From the NCBI RefSeq assembly GCF_049075655.1, contig NZ_CP157522.1:64001-128000 (forward strand): a stretch of 64,000 bases of DNA, written 5' to 3'. How positions within the stretch are numbered: the stretch's first letter is position 1; every line of letters begins with the position of its first letter. The translations under genes and the position numbers were made by a program. The notes under the pieces are model-generated. The model had not been told where the DNA came from. It made no database searches and saw only the letters and a program-made list of their open reading frames with translations. The stretch comes from Methanothermococcus sp. Ax23 (GTDB lineage: Archaea > AGJL01 > Methanococci > Methanococcales > Methanococcaceae). Positions 23,640 through 34,672 of the stretch are shown here, piece after piece.

Positions 23640-25037
23640 TTATAAACTTTCTTTAATTGCTTCATATAATTTATCACATAAAAACTTTATTTCTTCCTCA
23701 GTAATTGTCAAGGGTGGAATAATTATCAGCGTATTAAATATGGGTCTCATATATATGCCCTTTTCGAGCAATTTATCCGCAACCTTATATCCTGCCTTAA
23801 ATTCATAGGGGTATGGCTCTTTTGTTTCTTTATTTTTTACGAGCTCTATACCAATCATGAAACCTTTCTTTCTAACATCTCCCACATGTTCCAGTTCCTT
23901 CAATTTATCCAGTGAGTCGTGAAGCAGTTTTATTTTTTCCCCAATATTTTCAAATACTCTATCGTTTTTTAATATATCCATTGTGGCAATTGACGCCGCA
24001 CATAATATTTGATTCCCTGTATATGTGTGTCCATGGAAAAACTGCCTGCATTCTTCAAAATCTCCTAAAAACTGGTTATATATTTCTTCCGTTGTAATAG
24101 TTGCCGCAAGTGGCACATATCCTCCGGTTATTCCTTTTCCAAGGGTGATGATATCTGGTTTTTCCAGTTTCTTTAATGTTTCATTGTCTGAAAATAAATA
24201 TTTTCCAAGTCTTCCAAAGGTTGCCACTTCATCTAGTATAAGGATTATATCGTGTTCCTTACATTTTTTTGCAACTTCTTCAATATAGCCATCAGGATAT
24301 GGAATTATACCTGCTGAACCCATTACTCCCGCTTCAAGAATTACGCAAAACAATTCGTTTTTGTGCTCTTCTATAAGGTTCAGCATGTTTTCAAGGCATT
24401 TCATACTGCATCCTTTTTCATTCCTCTCATCGGTATCCTTGAAATTGTGGTATTCACACCTATAACAATAGGGAGCTCCTGCATGATAGCCCTTAAACAA
24501 AAGTGGTTTAAAAAATCCGTGAAATGTTTCACTACCTCCTACACTCATTGTTCCAATCGTATCTCCATGATAACCTTCTTTTACTGAAACAAACTTTGTT
24601 CTGTTTTTATTTTTATCCGAATCCTTTAATTGATAGTATTCAAAAGCCATTTTAACAGCTATTTCAACAGCTTCCGCACCATCCTCTGAATAAAACACCT
24701 TTTTTAAATGTGGCGGGGCAATTTCTACCAATTTTTTTGCCAAAACTATTGAAGGGACATTTCCACAGCCCAAAAGCGTAGAATGGCATATTTTTTCAGC
24801 TTGATTTTTTATTGCATCGATTATTCTTTTTTCACTGTGGCCGAACAGATTGCACCATATGGACGAAACTGCATCAAGGTATTTTTTTCCGTTTATGTCG
24901 ATTAAATAGTTTCCTTCCCCCCTCTCTACAATTATATTTTTTGATGGCGGGTCATATTCTTTCATCTGTGTATATGGATGCCAAACATATTTTTTATCCC
25001 ATTCAACAAGCTGTTCTGGGTTCAATTTATCATTCAT
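23640..25037 (-). CDS. bioA: Adenosylmethionine--8-amino-7-oxononanoate transaminase
   Basis: VWHPYTQM, DAVSSIWCN, YHGDT, DEVAT, GKGITGG, HGHTYTGN; start at ATG behind GGTGA. Confidence 0.93.
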   Translation of the reverse strand: MNDKLNPEQLVEWDKKYVWHPYTQMKEYDPPSKNIIVERGEGNYLIDINGKKYLDAVSSIWCNLFGHSEKRIIDAIKNQAEKICHSTLLGCGNVPSIVLAKKLVEIAPPHLKKVFYSEDGAEAVEIAVKMAFEYYQLKDSDKNKNRTKFVSVKEGYHGDTIGTMSVGGSETFHGFFKPLLFKGYHAGAPYCYRCEYHNFKDTDERNEKGCSMKCLENMLNLIEEHKNELFCVILEAGVMGSAGIIPYPDGYIEEVAKKCKEHDIILILDEVATFGRLGKYLFSDNETLKKLEKPDIITLGKGITGGYVPLAATITTEEIYNQFLGDFEECRQFFHGHTYTGNQILCAASIATMDILKNDRVFENIGEKIKLLHDSLDKLKELEHVGDVRKKGFMIGIELVKNKETKEPYPYEFKAGYKVADKLLEKGIYMRPIFNTLIIIPPLTITEEEIKFLCDKLYEAIKESL

Positions 25038-25137
25038 CTTATCACCATCCATAAATGCTACCTTAAAAATCGGAGATTGTTTATTATGGGACAATTATCA
25101 TAAATAAAAATTAAAAAGTAGAATATGTTAATTATAA

Positions 25138-25824
25138 TTAATTTGTTCCCTTCCAAATTCCAACAAATAACATGTGGTCTTTTTCAAATGGCTCAATATT
25201 TATTTCGTCAATGATTTCAAAACCGCCATTTATTAAAATCTCCTTCTGTTCTTCAAATATTTCTTTTGGATTTCTCACAACATCGACACTTCTGGCTTTT
25301 ATGGAAATCATTCCATATCCATTTTCTTTTAAGAACCATTTTGCATTTTTTACAAGTATCTCTGCCTGATTTGGCTGTGCAACATCTTCAAAAATTACAT
25401 CAACTTTCTCAACTACATTTGAATAAGTATTTGGGGCATTTGCATCCCCCAATATTGGAATTAAATTTTTCCTATCGTTGCAGACTTCTAAAAACTCCCT
25501 CATAATCCTTGGTGCAAATTCCACAGAATAAACTGGTGAATTTTCCGTAATATCTGCAACATGGGATGGTGTCGTTCCTGCGGATACACCCAAATAAAGA
25601 ACTTTCGTGTTTCTTTTGATTGGCATGTGTTTTAATCCATTTATTATGGAAGCCCCTAACTTACTCTTATTGGGATTCCAAATTCTGTACTCTACACCAT
25701 CCACTTCAATTAATTTTTCCCCATATACCCTTTTTGATGGGACCAATGATTTTGTAGCGATTCTTCTTAATCCATCGCCCATATCTACTTCATAAATATT
25801 ATCAAAAATTTCCTTAATTTTCAC
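25138..25824 (-). CDS. flpA: Fibrillarin-like rRNA/tRNA 2'-O-methyltransferase
   Basis: YRIWNP.KSKL, VLYLG.SAGTTPSHV, DVAQPNQ. Confidence 0.96.
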   Translation of the reverse strand: MKIKEIFDNIYEVDMGDGLRRIATKSLVPSKRVYGEKLIEVDGVEYRIWNPNKSKLGASIINGLKHMPIKRNTKVLYLGVSAGTTPSHVADITENSPVYSVEFAPRIMREFLEVCNDRKNLIPILGDANAPNTYSNVVEKVDVIFEDVAQPNQAEILVKNAKWFLKENGYGMISIKARSVDVVRNPKEIFEEQKEILINGGFEIIDEINIEPFEKDHMLFVGIWKGTN

Positions 25825-25845
25825 AGTATCACCGAATATTTTAAT

Positions 25846-27228
25846 TTATAATTTAGAGGATGTTTTTCCTATTACTTTTCTCTCAGTTTTTGGTCTGTCT
25901 TTTTTATGATTTTTCTGTTTTGTTCTTTCTGATTTTTTCTTAGGTTTTGATGATTTTTCTGGTTGATTACCTTTTCCTTTTCCACTAGGTTTGCCTTTAC
26001 CCCTATCCTCTTTCCTACCTTTTCCCTTACCTTTTGCTTCTCCCCTTCCTTTTCCTTTTTTACCTCTTCTATCCTCGTCTCTTCTTACTGGTTTTTTCTT
26101 CCTTGGTTCTGGGTATTTTTCCTTTATGGATTCAACCTTTTTATTGAGGTCTTCCATGAGCTCATCTGCAATATAGTTTCCGAATACATCTGCCCTAACT
26201 GCAATTGAAAGTTTGCATGCGAGAGCTCTTGCAACCTTACCTTTAATCCACCATGGTGATGATTGAAGAAGAGGATGCTGGAATATCACACCATGTTTTG
26301 GAGGTAGAGCTCCTTCTCTTAAATGTGCAAATAATGCCTTTTCCGCACCTATCACCTGTATTGTGGATGCTGGAAGTTTTGATAATCTGTCAATCCCACC
26401 AGTTAAACTTATTAACCTTGCACCTAATGATGAGCCAGCTATTTTTGTTAAGTTTGGGGCAGTCTCTTCCATTAATTCTTCCAAATACTTCTGTAAATTT
26501 TCTCTGAGATTATACATTGATTTTATTTCTTCTGCAAATATTTTTATAACGGACAAATCCCTCTCTGACAACTCTGCACCCATTGATTTTTTTGCAACTG
26601 TGGATAATGTTCTTGCAAGCTTTGAAGGAAGGGATTTTTTCAACCTTGTTCTTGTGTAATTGTCCCTTTCCGTGTATGTGGATGCTACATCTACATAGAG
26701 CTCGTGTTTTTTTATCAATTTATCCATCTCTGGGAAGTATAATGAATACCATTCTCTAAATCTCTCGGAGAATAAATTTAGGGTTTCATCTAAATCATCC
26801 AGTGCACTTACAGTTTGGATTATTAACTTATCTCCTTCCTCGGAAGATTTTTTCATGAGTAATTTTGTAAATTCAGTGCCCCATAAATTCATTTTTTCAA
26901 TAAAATCATCATAATCTTTAAAAACATTGTATTTATTGCCGAGCTCATATAGGTTTTTCCTTACGAGCTCCCCTGCAATATTTGGCTCGTTTTCAGATAG
27001 TTCAATATTTATTTCTTCCTCCATTCCTTCGTCGTTAGTTAAATTCCATTCTTTTTTTAGCTCCTCAACAATCTCAAAATTTCCATTCCTTAAATCATAC
27101 ATAATCTTAGGAATATCCTCTTCTTCAAAGATTTTGTAGTATTTTAAGTCATCTATTGTTAAACTCTCTAAATTTCCATCCGATTCCAAAGCAAATGCTC
27201 CATAAGGTGCAAATGTTAAATATATCAT
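25846..27228 (-). CDS. nop5: C/D box sRNP protein Nop5
   Basis: REWYSLYFPE, APNL, PASTIQVIGAEKALF, PKHGVIFQHP; basic C-terminal tail. Confidence 0.95.
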   Translation of the reverse strand: MIYLTFAPYGAFALESDGNLESLTIDDLKYYKIFEEEDIPKIMYDLRNGNFEIVEELKKEWNLTNDEGMEEEINIELSENEPNIAGELVRKNLYELGNKYNVFKDYDDFIEKMNLWGTEFTKLLMKKSSEEGDKLIIQTVSALDDLDETLNLFSERFREWYSLYFPEMDKLIKKHELYVDVASTYTERDNYTRTRLKKSLPSKLARTLSTVAKKSMGAELSERDLSVIKIFAEEIKSMYNLRENLQKYLEELMEETAPNLTKIAGSSLGARLISLTGGIDRLSKLPASTIQVIGAEKALFAHLREGALPPKHGVIFQHPLLQSSPWWIKGKVARALACKLSIAVRADVFGNYIADELMEDLNKKVESIKEKYPEPRKKKPVRRDEDRRGKKGKGRGEAKGKGKGRKEDRGKGKPSGKGKGNQPEKSSKPKKKSERTKQKNHKKDRPKTERKVIGKTSSKL

Positions 27229-27566
27229 AAAATCACCGTTGATTTAATATAAAATTTAATATAAATAATTATTATATATTATAAAAATAGATATTTTTTA
27301 TCTTAAATAATATATTTATAATATTTAAACTATGGTATTTTTAAAGTAGGTGTTGTTTATTTTCTATACACATCATTTTTCATCAGAAAACTATATATAT
27401 CATAGTATATATTATGCTATTGTTCAATTTTTTAAAGTAGTTTAACCGCTAAAACAAAACACAAATTAAATATAAATACAAATATTAAATTAAACATAAT
27501 AATAATCTAAATGAAACAAATGGCTTTGTTTTTAAGCCAGAAAACCACTTTTTTGGAGGAGCAAAT

Positions 27567-28226
27567 ATGACAGATGAAAACCTATTGACAACATTGGACA
27601 CATATTTGGCGTCTGGAATTCATATAGGAACTCAGCAAAAAACAGAAGACATGAAAAGGTTCATTTACAGAGTAAGGTCTGATGGACTCTATGTTTTGGA
27701 CGTTAGAAAAACAGATGAGAGAATAAGATTAGCTGCAAAATTCTTATCAAACTACGAACCAGAAGATATTTTAGCAGTTTCAAGAAGAATCTACTCAGTA
27801 GGTCCTTTGAAGAAATTCGGTCAAACAACAGGAATAACCACAGTTGCAGGAAGGTTTGTTCCAGGAACATTAACAAACCCATCATCAAGAAAGTTCCTTG
27901 AACCAGAAGTTCTATTTTTAAGCGACCCTAGAGTAGATAGACAGGCATTAAAAGAAGCTATTGAGATTGGAATTCCAGTTGTAGGAATGTGCGACACAGA
28001 ACACTTAACATCATTCATTGACTTCATAATCCCAACAAATAACAAAGGTAGAAAAGCAGTTTCATTAATATACTACCTCATAGCAAGAGAATACATGAAA
28101 AACAGAGGATTGATTGGTGAAGATGTGCCATTTACATACGAAGAATTCTTAGAAAAAGCTATGAATGTTAAGGTAAAAATCACACCACAACAGTTCCAGA
28201 GAGGCAGAGGAAGGAGAAGAAGATAA
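27567..28226 (+). CDS. rps2: 30S ribosomal protein S2 (uS2)
   Basis: [31 protein letters not shown]. Confidence 0.97.
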   Translation: MTDENLLTTLDTYLASGIHIGTQQKTEDMKRFIYRVRSDGLYVLDVRKTDERIRLAAKFLSNYEPEDILAVSRRIYSVGPLKKFGQTTGITTVAGRFVPGTLTNPSSRKFLEPEVLFLSDPRVDRQALKEAIEIGIPVVGMCDTEHLTSFIDFIIPTNNKGRKAVSLIYYLIAREYMKNRGLIGEDVPFTYEEFLEKAMNVKVKITPQQFQRGRGRRRR

Positions 28227-28311
28227 ATATAAAAAAGTTAATATATATTAATATAAATAAAATTGAGGATGTAATAATATATTTATTTCGCATGCCTCAC
28301 TATGCCATAGG

Positions 28312-28926
28312 ATGATGAAAATGGATGAAGAATTATTATTTGAATGCCCAATTTGCGACGACATAACCCCTCATGACATATTAAAAAGGCAGGAATCAAA
28401 AAAACACATAAAGCTAACTGTAAAGTGTTTGAACTGCGGATATGTCCATGAGATTGAAAAAACTATAAAACTAAAAGATGTGAAGGTAATTATAAGCAGA
28501 TACGGGGAATCTGAAAAAAAGGTTTCTCAGCTTCCAGTGGATGAGGTTTTAAAAGTCGGGGATATCATAAATATTTTTGGAGAGGATGTGGAAATAACCA
28601 GTATAGAAACTACAAAGAGGGTTATGTCATCAAAGGTTGAAGATATACAAACAATATGGGCAAAATCCCTAAACATACCTAAAAAGGTTGGTATTTCTAT
28701 AAACGATAGAGATACCACCTATTCCATCAATATATTAGTTCCCCAAGATTATGTATTCGATAATGAAACAACATATCGAGTAGGAAGAATGTTCTTTAAA
28801 ATAAAGATGATAAAAACTGAAAAAGGAACATTCAAAAGGGAAATTGCAAGAAAAATAAAAAGAATATATGCAAACTCTTCAAGACCTGTTAGAAATTATG
28901 AGGATTTAACTGAAAATATTGTGTAA
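28312..28926 (+). CDS. Archaeal zinc-finger protein (HVO_0476-like)
   Basis: CPIC...H...CLNCG.VH, VIISRYGES. Confidence 0.75.
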   Translation: MMKMDEELLFECPICDDITPHDILKRQESKKHIKLTVKCLNCGYVHEIEKTIKLKDVKVIISRYGESEKKVSQLPVDEVLKVGDIINIFGEDVEITSIETTKRVMSSKVEDIQTIWAKSLNIPKKVGISINDRDTTYSINILVPQDYVFDNETTYRVGRMFFKIKMIKTEKGTFKREIARKIKRIYANSSRPVRNYEDLTENIV

Positions 28927-29029
28927 ATAAAATTAAAAATACCTCCTATATATCGCCCATATATTTATTCATATATCATATATCAATTAATTACCCAAAT
29001 ATAATAATATCACTAATGAGGTGTAATTC

Positions 29030-29725
29030 ATGGCAAGAATGAAAGCTAGAGCTGGCAAAGGAAGAAGAGTAGCCAGAGATACTTGGAAAACAAAATCATG
29101 GTATAATATATATACTCCACAGTCATTCGGTGGAGATTTAATAGGTCATACCCCTGCAAACGACCCATCATTAGTTATTGGAAGAGTTGCAGAAACAAGC
29201 TTAAAAGACCTAACAAATGACCACTCAAAACACATGATAAGAATGTACTTCAAAATAGATGGAGTTAGTGGAACAAACGCAACAACCCAATTTGTTGGTC
29301 ATGACACAACAAGAGAATATTTAAAATCCTTAATTAGAAGAAGAAGAAGTAAAATAACAACTATCACAGATGTAAGAACAAAAGATGGATACAAGTTAAG
29401 AGTTAAAGCTATGGTTTTAACAGCAGTTAGAGCAAGAGACCACCATAAAACAGACATAAGAAAGAAAATGGAAGAAATTGTCAGAGATATGGCTAAAAAC
29501 GCAACATTCCCAGAATTTGTTCAAGCTATGTTGTTAGGTGGATTAGGTTCAAAAATATACGGGGAGTGCAAAAAAATATTCCCTATGAAAAGAGTAGAAG
29601 TTTATAAATCAGAAGTTTTAGAGTTTGGAAAACCAGTAGAAGCTCCTGAACCAGAAGAAACAGAAGAAGCTACCGCAGAAGTAGAAGAAAAGGCAGAAGA
29701 AACAGAAGAAGTAAAAGAAGAATAA
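29030..29725 (+). CDS. rps3ae: 30S ribosomal protein S3Ae (eS1)
   Basis: DTWKTKSWY, GRVAETSL, YLKSLIRRRRSKI. Confidence 0.96.
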   Translation: MARMKARAGKGRRVARDTWKTKSWYNIYTPQSFGGDLIGHTPANDPSLVIGRVAETSLKDLTNDHSKHMIRMYFKIDGVSGTNATTQFVGHDTTREYLKSLIRRRRSKITTITDVRTKDGYKLRVKAMVLTAVRARDHHKTDIRKKMEEIVRDMAKNATFPEFVQAMLLGGLGSKIYGECKKIFPMKRVEVYKSEVLEFGKPVEAPEPEETEEATAEVEEKAEETEEVKEE

Positions 29726-29899
29726 ATTAAATAACTTTTTTCTTTTTTATTTGGTATTATAAATAAAATAAAATTTTCATTATTTTTAGAGTTTTTCGTA
29801 ACTATGGATTATGGTGGATTAATTCAGGTCATGCAATTGGTTTCAAATGTTTCAAAGTATATCAACTGATATACTCATATAAACCACTGCTTTATAAGT

Positions 29900-30050
29900 C
29901 TCATTGTTGGTTTCGTTGCCGTCCCCAACTCGGCTTATGGGATGTGACCCGCACCCTCCTACCCGGTACTGAATTCCCGGTTCGCTTTTCTTAGATAATT
30001 AAAGAACAAGAAGCCCGACTAACACCAACACAAGTCGATATGTTAATATT
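29900..30050. ncRNA. Unidentified GC-rich structured RNA candidate
   Basis: GC-rich island in an AT-rich intergenic region with four hairpins and a loop-to-end complementarity (TGTTGGT/ACCAACA). Confidence 0.45.
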
Positions 30051-30209
30051 CACAAACCAACAGTGTATAATTTACACTTAATACTATTTATATTTTGTTA
30101 ATAGAATAATTAGTATTATCAAATAATACTATTTGAAACATTTGGTTTAAAATTGTTTATGATATTTGATATTTTTGTTTTCCACACATTTTTTAATATG
30201 TTTTTCTCT

Positions 30210-30373
30210 ATTTGATAAGCCCCTTTTTTCCAGTCTTTACCTTAGTTCTCCACTCATCAAATAATTTCAGTGCTCGGGTCTCTACTTCTTCTTTTAATTT
30301 TAAATACCCTCCAAAACAAAAAGATTAAAACAACTACCAATAACAATACCATTAAATTTAAAATTAAATCCAT
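30210..30373 (-). pseudogene. Frameshifted N-terminal fragment of a membrane-anchored protein (resembles the start of Holliday-junction-resolvase-like Endonuc_Holl proteins)
   Basis: MDLILNLMVLLLVVVLIFLFWR, then in a shifted frame KLKEEVETRALKLFDEWRTK, then a stop. Confidence 0.35.
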
Positions 30374-30457
30374 ACTATCAACTTCAACTTATCAAAATAA
30401 TTAAAATAAGTAAATAAATATATAATTATAATTATTAAAATAATATGGGGTGAGATT

Positions 30458-31063
30458 ATTAAAAATAAATTTACAATGATAAGTATAATGTTTATAAGTA
30501 TTCTTATAACTTTTTCTGGATGTTTAGATATATTACCAAATAATAATTATGATGATAATAATTATGGTTATACAAATCCAAATGATTTCCTCAATAACCA
30601 TGAGTATTTTACTGCCAAGGTCGTAAAAATTACCGATGGAGATACAATATGGGTTATGGCTGAAAACGGAACAAAATATAAAATAAGACTTTTGGGCGTT
30701 GATACGCCAGAAATATATCACAAGAACAGCCCGCAAAAATTTTATATTGATAACAATCATCCAATTACCAATATAAGTTATTTGAAAGTTTGGGGGTATA
30801 AAGCAAAAGATTATGCAAAAAATAGACTGGAAAATAAAACTGTTATTGTAGTTTTTGACAATAAGGCACCAAAAAAAGGATATTATGGCAGATATCTCGC
30901 ATACATATATGTAGATGGAAGAGATTTCAACGAAGAATTGATTAAAAATGGATATGCTAGGGTTTATGTGTCTAATTTTGAATTAAAAAATGAATATTTA
31001 AAAGAAGAAAGATATGCAAAAGAAAATAAAATAGGATTATGGAATTTAAGTAATAATAATTAA
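30458..31063 (+). CDS. Thermonuclease (SNase-like) lipoprotein; probable ATT start
   Basis: Lipobox FSGC, DGDT, IRLLGVDTPE, YGRYLAYIY, GYARVY; GGGGTGA RBS then ATT-AAA-AAT-AAA gives MKNK.. Confidence 0.88.
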   Translation: MKNKFTMISIMFISILITFSGCLDILPNNNYDDNNYGYTNPNDFLNNHEYFTAKVVKITDGDTIWVMAENGTKYKIRLLGVDTPEIYHKNSPQKFYIDNNHPITNISYLKVWGYKAKDYAKNRLENKTVIVVFDNKAPKKGYYGRYLAYIYVDGRDFNEELIKNGYARVYVSNFELKNEYLKEERYAKENKIGLWNLSNNN

Positions 31064-31123
31064 AATAATTAATAATTAGTTTTTTAATGCATGAGCTCTA
31101 CAAGGTATTAATCTAACTATTTA

Positions 31124-31570
31124 TTATTCAATATCAATGCCTTTTTTGATAGATACTTCACTCTTTGGTAAATCAACTATAAGCACACCATTTTCAAATT
31201 TAGCAGATGCTGTATCTTCTTTCACAGTTGCAGGTAATTTTATTGTTCTATATATCTCTTCGTCCTCAGGAATCTCTGAATAAATAATTCTTTCGGATTC
31301 TGTTACCATTAATGGTGTTCTTTTTGCTCTGATTTCTAAGGTGTTTCCAATAGCATTAACTACTATATCTTCCTTATTTACTCCTGGAATCATTGCTATA
31401 ACTTTTATATTATTGTCTCCTTCAATCAATGTAATTGGCATGTATCCTTTACCGGAAATTTCAAGACCACCTGAGCTCATGGTTCTCATGGTAGTCATTC
31501 CAGTCATTGGAGACATAAACATTTCAGTCATTAATTTTTCAATTTCTGAAAATGGATCTCTTCCAAACAT
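31124..31570 (-). CDS. hsp20: Small heat shock protein Hsp16.5/Hsp20
   Basis: MFGRDPF N-terminus, alpha-crystallin domain AKFENGVL, C-terminal IDIE; GGTGA RBS. Confidence 0.95.
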   Translation of the reverse strand: MFGRDPFSEIEKLMTEMFMSPMTGMTTMRTMSSGGLEISGKGYMPITLIEGDNNIKVIAMIPGVNKEDIVVNAIGNTLEIRAKRTPLMVTESERIIYSEIPEDEEIYRTIKLPATVKEDTASAKFENGVLIVDLPKSEVSIKKGIDIE

Positions 31571-31612
31571 AATTCTCACCCCATTTTTTTCTATAATAAT
31601 ATGCCTTAATAG

Positions 31613-31635
31613 TTCTATATAAATATTTCGGTTTA
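31613..31635 (-). promoter_or_regulatory. BRE/TATA promoter of hsp20
   Basis: Minus strand reads AACCGAAA-TATTTATATA about 45 nt upstream of the ATG. Confidence 0.6.
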
Positions 31636-31744
31636 GTGCATGGTTATGCCACAATTACAAACAATCAATAAAAATAACTATAAAAATAAAAAGACCCATT
31701 TATTTAATAAATCATATATTCATATTTTTATTTATGGTGGTATC

Positions 31745-32995
31745 ATGTTTGGAAGTTTAAAGGAAAAGTTAAGTAAAACTGTTTCAAAATTAACTGAAAA
31801 GATATATTCAAAGGGAAAAACAGAAGAAAATCCCGAAGAAAGCTTTGCTAATGCCAATACTGAAACTTATAAGGAACCGCAAAAGACGAATGAAATAAAG
31901 AATGAAAAGAAAGAAAAATCAGGCTCTGAAAAAAAAGGAATAGCTAAATTAATCAGCTTAGGAAAAAAAGAAGAAGTAGGGTCTAAAACAGATGCAGATA
32001 ATAAAGAACAGGCGGAAGAAAAAACCACTGAAAGTGTTGAAAAGAAAAAAATTGGATTCTTTGATAAGTTTAAAATAACAAAAACCATAAAAAAAGCCCT
32101 TGGTAAGGACGTTGTATTAACTGAGGATGATATAGAAGATGTTTTGGAAGAATTGGAACTGGAATTATTGGAAGCCGATGTTGCCTACGATGTCGTCGAA
32201 AAGCTTGTTGAATCATTAAAAAATCAGCTTGTAGGAACAAAAATAACAGCAAAAGATGACCCTGAGGAAGTTACAATAAATGCTCTAAAAAATGCCATAA
32301 GAGAAATATTGTCCCAAAAAAATATAGATATATATCAGTTAATTGAGGAGAAGAAAAAATTAAATGAACCTGCTGTGATAGTATTTGTAGGTATAAATGG
32401 AACGGGAAAAACCACATCAATATCCAAGCTAGCATATAAATTAAAAGAAAAAGGATATTCTGTGGTTTTAGCAGCAGGTGATACATTTAGAGCTGGGGCA
32501 ATTGAACAGCTTGAAGAGCATGCTAAAAATATTGAAGTTAAAGTTATAAAACATCAAAAAGGTGCGGATAGTGCCGCTGTAATATATGATGCAATACAGC
32601 ATGCAAAAGCCAGAGGGATAAATGTAGTTTTGGCAGATACTGCTGGAAGACAGGCCACAAATATTAATTTAATGGATGAGATTAGAAAAGTAATAAGAGT
32701 AACAAAACCTGATTTGGTTGTATTTGTAGGGGATGCCCTTGCTGGAAACGATGCCATAACTCAGGCCGAAGAATTTAACAATGCTGTGAATATAGATGGT
32801 GTAATATTAACAAAAGTAGATGCAGATGCAAAAGGTGGTGCGGCACTATCTATTGCCTATGCCATTGGAAAACCTATTTTATTCTTAGGAGTAGGTCAAA
32901 GATATGGGGATTTAGAAGAATTTAATGTGGATTGGATGGTAAATAAATTATTTGGAGATGAAGAAGTTAAATACTCTACTGAGAGAGAGTTCTAA
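31745..32995 (+). CDS. ftsY: Signal recognition particle receptor FtsY
   Basis: [31 protein letters not shown]; start at ATG behind GGTGG. Confidence 0.96.
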   Translation: MFGSLKEKLSKTVSKLTEKIYSKGKTEENPEESFANANTETYKEPQKTNEIKNEKKEKSGSEKKGIAKLISLGKKEEVGSKTDADNKEQAEEKTTESVEKKKIGFFDKFKITKTIKKALGKDVVLTEDDIEDVLEELELELLEADVAYDVVEKLVESLKNQLVGTKITAKDDPEEVTINALKNAIREILSQKNIDIYQLIEEKKKLNEPAVIVFVGINGTGKTTSISKLAYKLKEKGYSVVLAAGDTFRAGAIEQLEEHAKNIEVKVIKHQKGADSAAVIYDAIQHAKARGINVVLADTAGRQATNINLMDEIRKVIRVTKPDLVVFVGDALAGNDAITQAEEFNNAVNIDGVILTKVDADAKGGAALSIAYAIGKPILFLGVGQRYGDLEEFNVDWMVNKLFGDEEVKYSTEREF

Positions 32996-33057
32996 TAGCA
33001 ATGATAAATAGCAATTAGATGAAAATCATTATATGTTCAATTTTTTAATTTTCGCCA

Positions 33058-33702
33058 TTATTTTTCAATATCCATTTTTAAAACACTATATCCAACATAT
33101 CCAATAGCACAAACTGCCAATGGCTCAAATATTCCAAATACTGCCAAAATCAGCGAAATCGCAAATATTGCCATTCCTATCTTATTTGGATACTTTGGAT
33201 ATTTAATATCGCTTATCATTAATAATCCAAATACTAATGTCAATATTGGAACAATTATATCGGTAAAATTATATCCTATAACATTGGAATATTTTAAAAA
33301 CAATTCACAGATAATGCTTAGAACCAGAGCTCCCGCAGGTATGGGAAGTCCAACAAAATATTTAACATCCAATATACCAAATCTTGCCAACCTCAGAGCT
33401 CCGCATATGAGAAATACCAATGAAGTAATTAAGCTAAATGTTCCTTCGAAATAGTAATAAACTAAATAAGCAGGAGCTACCCCAAAACTAACAACATCAC
33501 AGATACTGTCCAGTTCTGCCCCAAAATCTGACACAGTATTTGTTTTTCTTGCAACATAGCCATCCATAGCATCAAAAACTATTGCTATATATATAAATCT
33601 GAAATCATGAAACAATATGGCAAGCATACCAAAAACAATATTTAAAATAGTTACATAATCCGATATTGTAATAATATCCTTAATTTTAAACATTTTTATC
33701 AT
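33058..33702 (-). CDS. pssA: Archaetidylserine synthase (CDP-alcohol phosphatidyltransferase)
   Basis: DAMDGYVAR..SDFGAELDSICDVVSFGVAPA, LRLARF. Confidence 0.9.
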   Translation of the reverse strand: MIKMFKIKDIITISDYVTILNIVFGMLAILFHDFRFIYIAIVFDAMDGYVARKTNTVSDFGAELDSICDVVSFGVAPAYLVYYYFEGTFSLITSLVFLICGALRLARFGILDVKYFVGLPIPAGALVLSIICELFLKYSNVIGYNFTDIIVPILTLVFGLLMISDIKYPKYPNKIGMAIFAISLILAVFGIFEPLAVCAIGYVGYSVLKMDIEK

Positions 33703-33818
33703 CTTTTTTTATTTTTATTTTCCTTTTTCTTTTTAGGTTTTAGTCTTACTTTTTTATTTTTATTTTATATTTTTCATATTAAATTTGTTAAAATATATAT
33801 AAAATTATATAAAAATAA

Positions 33819-34388
33819 CTATAACTTTTCATAAAGTCGATTGATACATTCTCTTGATTTTTCAAGCTTCTTATTTCCAATATTTAATAACATTTTTAAA
33901 TAATTATCATCCACTAGGAGCTCACCATTTATGCCTATTGGAACATCCATTTTATATGTGCTTAAAATTTCAACTATTATTCTCCTATCTGTTATGGATT
34001 TTATGGACGATGCCTTTAAACCGTTATGAATTGCAAGTTCGAGAAGTTTTTTGGCATGAAATATATCCTTTGAAGCAACATGTAAAATTGGAGAATTCAT
34101 TACAAAAACCATGGTTTCAAAATCTTCTGATTTTTTGTTAATCGCTTTAAATAATTCTTCTTCGTTGGCATAGTGGTGCCATTTTCCAAGCCATTTTGAA
34201 TATATCTTCGGATTTTTATTCTTTGGAAATTCCATAATTCCGCATCTTCCTATACAGGAGCTCGTTGTATAATAATTTTCCATTTCGTTTATTTTATCCA
34301 CTATGAACATTACCTCTTTATCTACAAAATTGTTTTTTATTGCCTCTTTTAGCTTTTCCATGGTTCTTTTTTTATCTTCTTGAAACAT
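33819..34388 (-). CDS. taw3: tRNA wybutosine-derivative methyltransferase Taw3/TYW3
   Basis: YYTTSSCIGR, WLGKWH, PILHV. Confidence 0.9.
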   Translation of the reverse strand: MFQEDKKRTMEKLKEAIKNNFVDKEVMFIVDKINEMENYYTTSSCIGRCGIMEFPKNKNPKIYSKWLGKWHHYANEEELFKAINKKSEDFETMVFVMNSPILHVASKDIFHAKKLLELAIHNGLKASSIKSITDRRIIVEILSTYKMDVPIGINGELLVDDNYLKMLLNIGNKKLEKSRECINRLYEKL

Positions 34389-34672
34389 GATTTCACTGAT
34401 GTTATTTATCAATTATATTAAAAATTATGAAATTATAATAATAATTGTAATGATGCAATAGTGATATAAAAAATAGCGGTATAATAATGATATAATGCTA
34501 AAAATTGAATTTATAATTTATATTTAAACATACAGCTTATAAAAATTACGCCAGAAATAAATGCAACAATTCCCCCATATACAAGGGTTATTTAGGATGA
34601 TTTGCCATAATATCCCCATATAAAAAAACATTTTTATTTTAATCCCAACCCCATAAAATAAATAATATACAA

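Noticed and set aside
29900-30050. Possible RNase P RNA, SRP RNA, tRNA-Sec or SECIS element
   Set aside because: CGGCTTAT and AAGAAGCCC recall RNase P, but the GAGGAA P4 strand and motif order are missing; no cloverleaf; no adjacent selenoprotein gene
31640-31744. Extended N-termini of ftsY, hsp20, bioA and the SpoIIM-like gene in the ORF track
   Set aside because: Downstream ATGs with clear RBS match the expected N-termini
34512-34608. Minus-strand RBS plus MANHPK* and a downstream hydrophobic frame (TLVYGGIVAFISGVIF)
   Set aside because: Possibly a gene remnant, but too short to assign
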